Below, piece after piece: positions 49,360 through 58,409 of a stretch of DNA of 64,000 bases. The notes beneath the pieces are model-generated. The model was given only the letters and a program-made list of their open reading frames with translations. It was not told the DNA's origin and did not search any database. This DNA is from a virus (Duplodnaviria; Caudoviricetes), in the IMG/VR virus record IMGVR_UViG_3300005805_000068, positions 1 through 64,000 of that record; one strand, 5' to 3'. Within the stretch, counting starts at the first letter, position 1; each line of letters starts with the position of its first letter. Both the position numbers and the translations under genes were made by a program.

Positions 49360-50006
49360 GAGCCAGTGATTTAGCATTACCGGAGGGAATGGAAATCTAT
49401 CTAGATATGGATGGGGTTCTTGCAGACTTCTTTCACGAATATGCTAAGTTGGCAGGTGTTCCAGCAAACAAATATGGTAAACACGATTATCGCAGTATTC
49501 CTCCAGCCAAGGCAGATCCTACATTAGATAAAATGGTAGGTACAGATTTCTTTGATAGACTTCCTAAGTTCCCTACAACTGATAAACTAATACAAATTGC
49601 TGTAGATGCAGCAGGTGGATATAATATCTGCTCAAGTCCATTACGTGGTGATCACGAAGGATCAGCAAAATATAAACGTAGTTGGATTGCTAGAGAATTA
49701 GAAACACAACCTAAACTAATACACATCACTCCAAACAAAGCCAAATATGCTAAAAATGCTGATGGTATGCCTAATGTATTAATTGACGATCGAGGCAGTA
49801 ATATTTCAGCATGGGAAGCAGCAGGCGGCATTGGTATCAAATATCAAGCAGACGAGAACAGCCTCAAAGTAGTATTAGACGGACTTAAACGTGCCCGTCG
49901 TATTGCTAAGGGTGAAGAAGAACATGAACCGCAAGAATTAGTCAGCAAGGATAGAGGCGGCAGTTCTGCTATTGCTACTCCTGGAGATAAGAATGAGAGC
50001 ATTTGA
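49356..50006 (+). CDS. 5'(3')-deoxyribonucleotidase (HAD, NT5C family)
   Basis: [26 protein letters not shown]. Confidence 0.85.
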   Translation: MRASDLALPEGMEIYLDMDGVLADFFHEYAKLAGVPANKYGKHDYRSIPPAKADPTLDKMVGTDFFDRLPKFPTTDKLIQIAVDAAGGYNICSSPLRGDHEGSAKYKRSWIARELETQPKLIHITPNKAKYAKNADGMPNVLIDDRGSNISAWEAAGGIGIKYQADENSLKVVLDGLKRARRIAKGEEEHEPQELVSKDRGGSSAIATPGDKNESI

Positions 50007-50316
50007 ATTTATCACAGAAGCCAAGCGTAAAAAGCGCAAACCACGCTGGGCTGCTTATGGTCCAGGTCCATTTGGCGGATATGGATATGCTGTAGGCTAT
50101 AGTGGAGACGGCGGTGTTGCCAGTGGAGACGGTGGCGGAGTTGGAGAAAACTTCGCAGATAGTAAAAAGCCAGGACGTAAAGGACTAGCCAAACGTAGTG
50201 GTGTAAACTGTAAAGCCAGTATTAGCAGCCTACGTAAAACTGCTAAGAACAGCACAGGTGAAAAACGTAGAATGGCACATTGGTGTGCTAATATGAAGTC
50301 AGGTAGAAATAAATAG
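49993..50316 (+). CDS. Putative internal head protein
   Basis: MRAFEFITE start at 49993; Gly-rich linker; basic C-terminal module. Confidence 0.6.
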   Translation: MRAFEFITEAKRKKRKPRWAAYGPGPFGGYGYAVGYSGDGGVASGDGGGVGENFADSKKPGRKGLAKRSGVNCKASISSLRKTAKNSTGEKRRMAHWCANMKSGRNK

Positions 50317-50322
50317 TATATC

Positions 50323-50583
50323 ATGAAAATTAAAGACATTTTAGAATCAGCAACAGCGGGAGCTACAAGCTCTGGCAATATTGCTACTGTTGTAAGCCCA
50401 CATCTTGCTATAGGTAAAGATCTCGGCAATAAATCATATACAGGCAGTCCTGGAAAATCAGGTACAAAAGCACCTAAAGTTCCTAAAGTAAAACAACCAA
50501 AGAATCTAGATGGAACAGCTAAAAACGCTTTGGACATGAAAGGCACCAATATATTTGGTGGTGGCTCTGCCATTAAAAGATAA
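50323..50583 (+). CDS. Putative internal head protein
   Basis: MKIKDILE; ATAAATA at 50309. Confidence 0.6.
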   Translation: MKIKDILESATAGATSSGNIATVVSPHLAIGKDLGNKSYTGSPGKSGTKAPKVPKVKQPKNLDGTAKNALDMKGTNIFGGGSAIKR

Positions 50584-50620
50584 ATACAATATGACCCTTT
50601 AAAACCCAAGGAATAAGGAA

Positions 50621-51466
50621 ATGGACTTTAAATCACTAGTACAAAAAATTACAAGCATGGACGATCCTATCAAGACCGTTGCTGCTCCAGAACTTCCAAA
50701 AGCTGTTCAACTCAATGAAGACGCAGAATTGCGTGTCTTAGCTGGAACTTCAACTATTCTTGCAGAAGCAAAGAAAAAAGAAGAATCTGAAAAGAAAGAA
50801 GAAAGTGTTAAAGAAGAAATGGAAGTTGGTGATTCAAAGAAAACTGCAGGTGGTGGCACAGTTACTAAAACAGCAACTGGTATTATCCACAAAGGTAAAA
50901 AATACGGCGGTGAAGAAGAAAAGTCAGATGACGAAGAAGACGCACCTAAATCTAAGAAAGAATCTATCGATGCAGAAGCATTTAAAGGCAAGTTTGCTAA
51001 AATGGTAGAAGCAAAGAAAGAAAAGAAAGAAGATAAAAAGAAACCAATGAAAGAAGCTGCTAAACCAGATTTCTTAGACATTGACAAAGATGGCGACAAG
51101 AAAGAGCCTATGAAAAAAGCTGCTAAAGAAAAGGGCGGCGATAAGAAAGATGGCAAGAAGGGCATGAGTGCTAAACAAGCCAAATATTTTGGAAAGAAAG
51201 ACGAGTCTGTAAAGTCCGATAAGAAAGTAGTAGCAGAATCAGTAGAACCAAAATTAACTTTCAAAGATATGGTTAAACTTGTACAAGAAAGTGGTGGCCA
51301 ACAACGTATCGATGCTAAAGACGAAGCATTATTTTCCTGGGCTCAACGTGTAGCTGCTGCTAAATTTACAGAATCAGCAAAACAAGAAGTATATGCCGGA
51401 TTAGTTTATGAACGTATGGGCGGCGTATTTGAAATGTACGACGTTCTTTCAGAAAATCAAAAGTAA
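50621..51466 (+). CDS. Lys/Glu-rich prohead scaffold/core-like protein
   Basis: Many L/V/M-x-E sites; KPDFLDIDKDGDKKE motif; late promoter at 50580. Confidence 0.55.
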   Translation: MDFKSLVQKITSMDDPIKTVAAPELPKAVQLNEDAELRVLAGTSTILAEAKKKEESEKKEESVKEEMEVGDSKKTAGGGTVTKTATGIIHKGKKYGGEEEKSDDEEDAPKSKKESIDAEAFKGKFAKMVEAKKEKKEDKKKPMKEAAKPDFLDIDKDGDKKEPMKKAAKEKGGDKKDGKKGMSAKQAKYFGKKDESVKSDKKVVAESVEPKLTFKDMVKLVQESGGQQRIDAKDEALFSWAQRVAAAKFTESAKQEVYAGLVYERMGGVFEMYDVLSENQK

Positions 51467-51481
51467 TATTACCAAAATAAC

Positions 51482-51515
51482 AAAAAGCCAGCAATTTTAA
51501 TTGACTGGCTTTTTT
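51482..51515 (+). terminator. Terminator overlapping the -35 box
   Basis: AAAAAGCCAG...CTGGCTTTTTT; TTGACT forms part of the 3' arm. Confidence 0.85.
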
Positions 51516-51529
51516 GTTGGCTATATAAT
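51501..51529 (+). promoter_or_regulatory. Sigma70 promoter for the replication block
   Basis: TTGACT(51501-06)-17 nt-TATAAT(51524-29). Confidence 0.85.
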
Positions 51530-51549
51530 AGTGATTATAGGAGAATATT

Positions 51550-51810
51550 ATGGCAAAAATTTACGGTCCAGAAGAAGCAGCAAAATTACAAAAACTCATC
51601 CAAGAAGGCTCAACAGTATTGAGAGAAGTTGAAGATCTTTCAGAAGGTCTACGTGAAACTGTTAAATCAGTGGCAGAAGAATTACAAATCAAACCTAGCA
51701 TCATTAATAAGGCGATTAAGATTGCGCATAAAGGCGATTGGAAAGCACACGAAGAAGAATGGGAAGAATTAGAAGGCATTCTTGGCATCACTAAAAATAT
51801 AGGCGAGTAA
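51550..51810 (+). CDS. T4 DsbA-like dsDNA-binding protein
   Basis: Pattern L...I.E......E...L.E.....V...AEEL.I....INK.I...HK resembles the T4 dsDNA-binding protein A / GapR family. Confidence 0.6.
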   Translation: MAKIYGPEEAAKLQKLIQEGSTVLREVEDLSEGLRETVKSVAEELQIKPSIINKAIKIAHKGDWKAHEEEWEELEGILGITKNIGE

Positions 51811-52109
51811 TGGATCAGATAACCAATGTCTTCGTCGACGTATATAAATGGGCTAAAAAAGACTATAGGACTTATCCTTTTAGGTTTTTCATTGAGTTTA
51901 TTGCTTGGCTCATTAGTATTGGTTGCTCTATCACTATGGCACTCACCGTTCCTAACCCTCCTCTTGTTATTCTTTATCCTATATGGATTGCTGGGTGTGT
52001 TATGTACGGCTGGGCTTCTTATAGTCGTGGGTCTTTTGGTATGTTGGCCAATTATCTATTACTTGTCACGATAGACACTGTAGGCCTAATTAGGATGCTA
52101 AGTAATTAA
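51810..52109 (+). CDS. Hypothetical membrane protein
   Basis: Three hydrophobic segments. Confidence 0.65.
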   Translation: MDQITNVFVDVYKWAKKDYRTYPFRFFIEFIAWLISIGCSITMALTVPNPPLVILYPIWIAGCVMYGWASYSRGSFGMLANYLLLVTIDTVGLIRMLSN

Positions 52110-52121
52110 TGAATAAGGTTA

Positions 52122-52168
52122 GATCAGCCATAAATGATCATTTTGGTATTTGCAAGCCGGAAGTTGCA
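52122..52168 (+). promoter_or_regulatory. Twin hairpins, candidate translational operator of polB
   Basis: GATCA-GCCATAAA-TGATC and TGCAA-GCCGGAAG-TTGCA directly before TAAGGAG. Confidence 0.5.
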
Positions 52169-52180
52169 TAAGGAGAATAA

Positions 52181-54850
52181 ATGAGTTACGTAGATGCTTT
52201 CTATGATAGAGAGCAAGATATCATTCGCATCGTTGAACGTGATGAAAATGGTCAACGACATTTCAAAGAATATGCACCAAGGCATATCTTCTACTTTGCA
52301 GATCCAAAAGGTAAACATCAGAGTATTAAAGGAGAACCTCTTACTCGTGTAACCTGTAAAAACATCAAAGAATTACGCAAAGAACTTGCTATTCATAATA
52401 ACAAAAAACTTTATGAAAGCGATATCAATCCAATCTATCGTTGTTTAGAAGATAACTATCTTAATGTTGATGCTCCAAAATTAAATATAGCGTTCTTCGA
52501 CATTGAGGTTGACTTTGACCCAGACCGTGGGTATGCAAGTCCAGATGATGCGTTCATGCCAATTACTGCTATTGCAGTACATCTACAATGGTTGGATACT
52601 TTAGTTTGTCTAGCACTTCCACCTAAAACATTAAGTATGGAAGAAGCGCAACGTCAAGTTGAAGAATTTCCTAATACCTTACTCTTCGAAAGCGAAGCAG
52701 ACATGCTTGATACCTTTCTTAATTTAATCGAAGATGCTGATGTGTTAAGTGGTTGGAACTCAGAAGGCTTTGATATTCCATATACCGTTAATCGTGTGAC
52801 CAAGGTGCTGTCAAAAGAAGACACACGCAGATTTTGCTTATGGAATCAATATCCTAAAAAACGTGAATATGAAAAATACGGTAAGATGTCAGTAACATAT
52901 GACTTTATCGGACGTGTTCATATGGATAGTTTAGAATTATATCGAAAATATACCTATGAAGAAAGACATACCTATCGATTAGATGCTATTGCTGAATACG
53001 AATTAGGTAAAACTAAAACACAATATGAAGGCACCCTAGATCAATTATACAACAATGACTTTAAAAAGTTTATCGAATATAATAGAAATGACACAATGCT
53101 TCTTGACAATTTAGATAAGAAACTTAAATTCTTAGATCTTGCTAATACAATCGCGCATGAAAATACAGTTTTACTTCAAACTACAATGGGTGCAGTAGCA
53201 GTTACTGAACAAGCTATTATCAATGAAGCACATCGCAGAGGTATGATTGTTCCTAATCGTTTAAGAATGGATGATCGAGGTGATACACAGGCTGCTGGTG
53301 CGTATGTTGCCTACCCTAAAAAAGGCATTCACGAATGGATCGGCTCACTGGATATTAATTCACTGTATCCATCTGCAATTCGTGCATTAAATATGGGTCC
53401 AGAAACTATCGTTGGACAGTTACGTCAAGATGGTACTAAAGATTATATCGCTGCGGAAATAGGCAAGGGGAAATCATTCGCTAGTGCCTGGGAAGGTATG
53501 TTTGGCAGTGTTGAATACTTATCTGTAATGAATAAAGAAGTAGGCAGAGAAATTACCATCGATTGGGAAGGCGGAGGCGAAGATACTCTTAGTGCGTCAC
53601 AAGTTTATGATCTAATATTCGAAAGCGGTCAACCTTGGATGCTTTCAGCTAACGGTACTATCTTTACTTATGAAACAGAGGGTATTATTCCAGGATTACT
53701 CAAACGTTGGTATGCTGAACGTAAAGACATGCAGGCCAAACTAAAAGAATGTATCAAGAATGGTAATAAGATTGAAGAAGAATACTGGGACAAGCGACAG
53801 CTAGTTAAGAAGATTAACCTAAATAGTTTGTATGGTGCTATTCTTAATGCAGGATGTCGTTTCTTTGATAATCGTATCGGTCAGTCTACTACGCTTACTG
53901 GGCGACAAGTAGTTAAACACATGGCTGCAAAAATCAATGAGATCATCACAGGCGAGTATGATTATGTAGGTAAAGCAGTTATTTACGGTGACACTGACTC
54001 ATGTTATTTTTCAGCATATTCTACTCTACGCAAAGAAATCGAATCGGGAAATATTCCATGGAATAGGGAAAGTGTTGTTGAATTGTACGATACTATCGCC
54101 GAAGAAGTTAACGGAACGTTTGTTAAATTCATGGGTGATGCGTTTCACTGTCCTAAAACACGCGGAGAAGTTATTAAAGGTGGACGTGAGATCGTAGCAA
54201 GTAAAGGATTATTCATTACTAAAAAACGTTATGCCGTATTATATTATGACAAAGAAGGCAAACGTTCAGATACAGATGGTAAGCCTGGAAAGATAAAGGC
54301 TATGGGGCTTGACCTAAAACGTTCAGATACACCTGTGGTTATTCAAGATTTCTTAAGCGAAGTGTTGACCAAAGTGCTAAATGGAGCACCAAAAGAAGAA
54401 GTTTTAGACTATATCACTGATTTTAGAACAGAGTTTAAAACAAGACCTGGTTGGGAAAAAGGCAGTCCTAAACGTGCCAATAATATTTCAGAATATCGTG
54501 AAAAAGAAAAGAAAGCAGGTAAAACTAACATGCCCGGACACGTTCGTGCTAGTTTAAATTGGAATACTCTAAAACGTATGTATGAAGACAAATATTCGAT
54601 GAATATTGTTGACGGTGCGAAAGTAATTGTATGTAAACTTAAAGATAATCCGATGGCATATACCTCGGTGGCATATCCTGTAGATGAATTACGTTTACCA
54701 CAATGGTTCAAAGACTTACCATTCGACGATGCTGAAATGGAAAGTACCGTTATTGATGAAAAGTTAGGGAACTTAATTGGTGTTCTAGAATGGGATATCA
54801 GTTCAACACGCAGTGATAACAATTTTAACAAATTATTTGATTTTGAATAA
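52181..54850 (+). CDS. Family B DNA polymerase (T4 gp43-like)
   Basis: Exo FFDIE, GWNS.GFD; pol SLDINSLYPS, K..LNSLYG, YGDTDS, KKRY. Confidence 0.97.
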   Translation: MSYVDAFYDREQDIIRIVERDENGQRHFKEYAPRHIFYFADPKGKHQSIKGEPLTRVTCKNIKELRKELAIHNNKKLYESDINPIYRCLEDNYLNVDAPKLNIAFFDIEVDFDPDRGYASPDDAFMPITAIAVHLQWLDTLVCLALPPKTLSMEEAQRQVEEFPNTLLFESEADMLDTFLNLIEDADVLSGWNSEGFDIPYTVNRVTKVLSKEDTRRFCLWNQYPKKREYEKYGKMSVTYDFIGRVHMDSLELYRKYTYEERHTYRLDAIAEYELGKTKTQYEGTLDQLYNNDFKKFIEYNRNDTMLLDNLDKKLKFLDLANTIAHENTVLLQTTMGAVAVTEQAIINEAHRRGMIVPNRLRMDDRGDTQAAGAYVAYPKKGIHEWIGSLDINSLYPSAIRALNMGPETIVGQLRQDGTKDYIAAEIGKGKSFASAWEGMFGSVEYLSVMNKEVGREITIDWEGGGEDTLSASQVYDLIFESGQPWMLSANGTIFTYETEGIIPGLLKRWYAERKDMQAKLKECIKNGNKIEEEYWDKRQLVKKINLNSLYGAILNAGCRFFDNRIGQSTTLTGRQVVKHMAAKINEIITGEYDYVGKAVIYGDTDSCYFSAYSTLRKEIESGNIPWNRESVVELYDTIAEEVNGTFVKFMGDAFHCPKTRGEVIKGGREIVASKGLFITKKRYAVLYYDKEGKRSDTDGKPGKIKAMGLDLKRSDTPVVIQDFLSEVLTKVLNGAPKEEVLDYITDFRTEFKTRPGWEKGSPKRANNISEYREKEKKAGKTNMPGHVRASLNWNTLKRMYEDKYSMNIVDGAKVIVCKLKDNPMAYTSVAYPVDELRLPQWFKDLPFDDAEMESTVIDEKLGNLIGVLEWDISSTRSDNNFNKLFDFE

Positions 54851-54857
54851 AATAAAT

Positions 54858-54886
54858 TTGCTTTTTATTCAAAACCTAAATATAAT
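54858..54886 (+). promoter_or_regulatory. Sigma70 promoter
   Basis: TTGCTT-17 nt-TATAAT; GGAGG SD downstream. Confidence 0.7.
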
Positions 54887-54913
54887 AGTAGTATACACAT
54901 GGAGGTAATTTAA

Positions 54914-55651
54914 ATGAAAGACATTCTATCAGATATCGTTAGTCACACACAAAACTTAGGTTTTTTAACCACAGTTAAAGTTACAGGCACAGCAGAAGGC
55001 ACTACAATCAACTCAATGGCTGATGACCGTTCGGTTATCATGGAGGCAGAAACAGCAAATCCATACCCGGACATGTTAGGCACATTTGGTATGCCACAAT
55101 TACAAAAATTAAAATATTTACTTGATGGTAGTGAATATAAAGAAAATGCAAAGATTACTATTACTAACGCAGAACGCAACGGCGAAACTGTGCCAGTAGG
55201 TATACATTTTGAAAACAAAGATGGCGACTTTAAGAACGATTATCGGTTTATGTCACAAGAAATTATCAACGAAAAGATGAAAACTGTTAAGTTCCGCGGT
55301 GTTAAGTGGGACGTTGAAGTTGAACCAAGCGTAGCAGCAGTGCAGCGTTTCAATTTCCAAGCAGGTGCCAATAACGAACATCCAACATTCTTAGCAAAAA
55401 CAGATGGTGGTAACTTAAAGTTTATTTTTGGTGATGCGTCAACACATGGCGGTGAGTTTATTTTTGCACAAAATGTTGAAGGTAAATTAGATCGTGGCTG
55501 GACTTGGCCAGTGCTTCCGATCTTAAGCATCTTAAAAATTGCTGATGTAAACAACACTAAAATGAGTTTGAGTAACGAAGGTGCTATTCAGATCACTCTT
55601 GATAGCGGTTTAGCAACTTACAAATACATTATTCCAGCACAGGCTGCTTAA
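54914..55651 (+). CDS. Probable sliding clamp (gp45/PCNA-like)
   Basis: 245 aa, beta-rich two-domain pattern, directly after polB; RFC present in the window. Confidence 0.55.
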   Translation: MKDILSDIVSHTQNLGFLTTVKVTGTAEGTTINSMADDRSVIMEAETANPYPDMLGTFGMPQLQKLKYLLDGSEYKENAKITITNAERNGETVPVGIHFENKDGDFKNDYRFMSQEIINEKMKTVKFRGVKWDVEVEPSVAAVQRFNFQAGANNEHPTFLAKTDGGNLKFIFGDASTHGGEFIFAQNVEGKLDRGWTWPVLPILSILKIADVNNTKMSLSNEGAIQITLDSGLATYKYIIPAQAA

Positions 55652-55652
55652 T

Positions 55653-57272
55653 ATGAAATCACCCGTCAATTTAACTCCACTACAAAAGGACTACGCAGTT
55701 TACCTCCCTGCGATTAGTTCTTTTTATAGTACCTATGTTGCCAAACAAAGGTTAGAAGAGTTTGTACCAAACGATCGTATTCCTAAAGGGTTCGATCGTG
55801 GCATCGAAGGTATGAACTTTCTAAATGCAGATCAAGGATATTTTACATACAAGTATGCACTATATTCAGCAGGGCATGCACAACTAGACTTACAAAAAAG
55901 TCTTACTCAAGAATCAATGATTCAAGATCGCGATCGCGGTAATACGATGATCTTAGGTGACTCCGGCGGGTATCAGATTGGTAAAGGTGTTCTTAAGTTT
56001 GACTGGTTAAACTTTGAAGGTGCAGAAGCTACTAAGACTCGTCAGAAAATTCTTGAATGGTTAGAACTTACTGCTGATTGGTCCATGATGCTGGACGTTC
56101 CAACGTGGGCATGTGATCATATTCACAGTCCAAAAACTGGATTGAAGACATTTGAAGATTGTTTAGAAAAGACTCGTTACAATAACGATTATTTCTTAAT
56201 GAATCGGTTAGGAGCCACTAAATGGCTTAATGTACTACAAGGTTCAGATTGGGATACTGCTGAGAAATGGTATAACGGTGTTAAAGAGTTTAGCGATCCA
56301 AATGGCAAGTATGCTGGACGTGAAGCAGAAGGGTGGGCCATGGGTGGTGCTAATATGTGTAAAATGGACATTACTCTCAAACGTCTAATGACCATGCGTG
56401 ATGAAGAAATGCTTACAGGTAAGAACTGGATTCACTTCTTGGGAACAGCACAATTAGATTGGTCGTGTTATCTAACACAGATCCAACGTCAAATACGCAA
56501 ACATATCAATCCAGAACTTACTATTAGTTTTGACTGTGCAAGTCCGTTTATTGCTACAGCGCATGGACTTGTTTACACAAACGCACAACATACTAACAAG
56601 CGTTGGTCAGTTATTATGGACAAGGCACCAGACAATAAAGGACTTTCCGGAAGTGATATTCCATTTCCGTTTGAAAGCGAATTTGCAAGTCGTTTAACAA
56701 TGGGTGATATTGCATATTATGATTACGGTGTTCGCAAGACTGATGAAGAACTTGGCGGTGTTAAATTTAATCATTTAGATCCAACACATTACAATGTTGT
56801 ACCTAAACTTAACAAATTAGGTAAGATACCAAACAAGACTAGTTGGGATAGTTTTAGTTATGCACTAATGATGGGGCATAACGTTGAATGTCATATTAAA
56901 GCAGTACAACGTGCTCAACAGTTAATGGACATTGAATGCGCTAGATTTAAACCAGACTGGCGAATGAAGAGCATCGAAGGTAAGAAAGAAATCGAATTTA
57001 GCGATTGGGTTCCTAATAAGATTTTATACTTTGGTACATTCGTTGAAGAACTGTTTAACACCAAGACTAAAGCAGAAGCATTTGATATGATCGAAACTGC
57101 TGGACAATTCTTGAAATCATTAGAAGGTGCTCGATTACAAGGTGGTCCTGCTGCTAATACATTTGGTAGTTTGTTTGATTTTGACGATGGTAAGAAATCA
57201 GGTGAAATTGATTTTTCAAATCCAGACGATGACGAATTAAACAATCTCGAACACGAACTAAATGGTGACTAA
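55653..57272 (+). CDS. TGT-superfamily guanine transglycosylase (DpdA-like)
   Basis: LGDSGGYQ, MMLDVP, NVLQG, GWAMGG, HFLG, SFDCASP, GHN equivalents of TGT motifs; no CxCxxC zinc site seen. Confidence 0.75.
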   Translation: MKSPVNLTPLQKDYAVYLPAISSFYSTYVAKQRLEEFVPNDRIPKGFDRGIEGMNFLNADQGYFTYKYALYSAGHAQLDLQKSLTQESMIQDRDRGNTMILGDSGGYQIGKGVLKFDWLNFEGAEATKTRQKILEWLELTADWSMMLDVPTWACDHIHSPKTGLKTFEDCLEKTRYNNDYFLMNRLGATKWLNVLQGSDWDTAEKWYNGVKEFSDPNGKYAGREAEGWAMGGANMCKMDITLKRLMTMRDEEMLTGKNWIHFLGTAQLDWSCYLTQIQRQIRKHINPELTISFDCASPFIATAHGLVYTNAQHTNKRWSVIMDKAPDNKGLSGSDIPFPFESEFASRLTMGDIAYYDYGVRKTDEELGGVKFNHLDPTHYNVVPKLNKLGKIPNKTSWDSFSYALMMGHNVECHIKAVQRAQQLMDIECARFKPDWRMKSIEGKKEIEFSDWVPNKILYFGTFVEELFNTKTKAEAFDMIETAGQFLKSLEGARLQGGPAANTFGSLFDFDDGKKSGEIDFSNPDDDELNNLEHELNGD

Positions 57273-57273
57273 T

Positions 57274-57447
57274 ATGTATGAACTTCGAATCGCAGAATTA
57301 GAAAAGGCTCATAAAAATTTAGATAGGCATATAAAAGAAATAGAAAAGTCGGGAGACTTTGATGATATTAAGCTAAAAGAACTTAAGAAAAAGAAATTAT
57401 TCTTAAAAGATGTAATTGCTGAACTCAAAATAAAGGATCAAACATGA
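57274..57447 (+). CDS. DUF465/YdcH-like small coiled-coil protein
   Basis: L...H..LD..I...........L.ELKKKKL.LKD.I. Confidence 0.65.
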   Translation: MYELRIAELEKAHKNLDRHIKEIEKSGDFDDIKLKELKKKKLFLKDVIAELKIKDQT

Positions 57448-57614
57448 CAGAAGAAAGATTACAATATCTCGAAAGAGTACTCAGCGATATTGATAAAAAA
57501 ATCGCTAGCAAGTATAGTCACTTTTTAGATGATTCTGGACTTTCAAAGATTAAACAAGAACGAAATAATGTAATAGACGAAATAAATCAATTAAAGGCAA
57601 TCAATGAAACGTGA
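57444..57614 (+). CDS. Second DUF465-like small protein (56 aa, not in ORF track)
   Basis: MTEERLQYLERVLSDIDKKI...IKQERNNVIDEINQL; ATGA coupling. Confidence 0.55.
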   Translation: MTEERLQYLERVLSDIDKKIASKYSHFLDDSGLSKIKQERNNVIDEINQLKAINET

Positions 57615-58122
57615 TTATGACACAGGCGAAGCAACGGGTATAGAATTCTTTACAGGAGTAGAAATTGAAAAAACTCCTGCATACGGAATGATGACTTTGT
57701 TTATTGTTGGAGTTCAGGCTCCGGAGAAGATATTGGAACTTGCCACACTATATGAATGCAAGCACATATACTTCGGAGCCAATCAATCTTACAATCCAAA
57801 AGATACAAACGAAATGTTTGTTTGGGATCGCATGATTATGGATTGTTTAGAGGCTGGCTTATGGTGTACTTTGGATTTTGACGTTCGTTGGGTTGAAGAT
57901 GTTATCGAAGGCGGAATAGTTGAACAACGTAGATTTATTCCGCAGATTTCGGTAAAAATTCCTTACTTGACACAACTAGGATATAATGCTACAATAAAGA
58001 TTGATGATAAAGATTTTTCGGCAACGAATCCGGGTGTTTGGTGTCACAGACTTCGTGATTTAACAACGACACAAACATTTACAGATTGGGATCAATACGG
58101 TAAGGATAAAATCATAAAATGA
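57604..58122 (+). CDS. Hypothetical protein, possibly a degenerate QueE-like barrel
   Basis: IEFFTGVEIE...G..TLFIVG and HIYFGAN echo QueE strand motifs; no Fe-S Cys triad. Confidence 0.5.
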   Translation: MKRDYDTGEATGIEFFTGVEIEKTPAYGMMTLFIVGVQAPEKILELATLYECKHIYFGANQSYNPKDTNEMFVWDRMIMDCLEAGLWCTLDFDVRWVEDVIEGGIVEQRRFIPQISVKIPYLTQLGYNATIKIDDKDFSATNPGVWCHRLRDLTTTQTFTDWDQYGKDKIIK

Positions 58123-58409
58123 AATTCTTAAGACGCTGGATCAATAATTGGTTAAACACAGACGATTATGATGATTTAGTCTGTAGATCTGAAACTCCTT
58201 CTATAGGGTATAACACTTTCGAAACTCAAGGATTTAATCTGCGTATCTGGCGTGCTGATGGTGGAACTATCGTAGAAAGCAATTATTACAGTAGAAAAAA
58301 AGATCAAGGCAATAATAAATTGTATATTATCACTGATGAAAAAGATCTCGGACAAGAGCTTGCTAAGATTGTTACCATCGAAGGATTGAAACACAATGAG
58401 CATTATTAG
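58119..58409 (+). CDS. Hypothetical protein
   Basis: 96 aa; ATGA coupling. Confidence 0.6.
   Translation: MKFLRRWINNWLNTDDYDDLVCRSETPSIGYNTFETQGFNLRIWRADGGTIVESNYYSRKKDQGNNKLYIITDEKDLGQELAKIVTIEGLKHNEHY

Noticed and set aside
52181-54850. Intein or intron in polB (insertion between motifs A and B)
   Set aside because: No Cys/Ser...His-Asn splice junctions or LAGLIDADG motifs; overall length is normal for a gp43-like enzyme.
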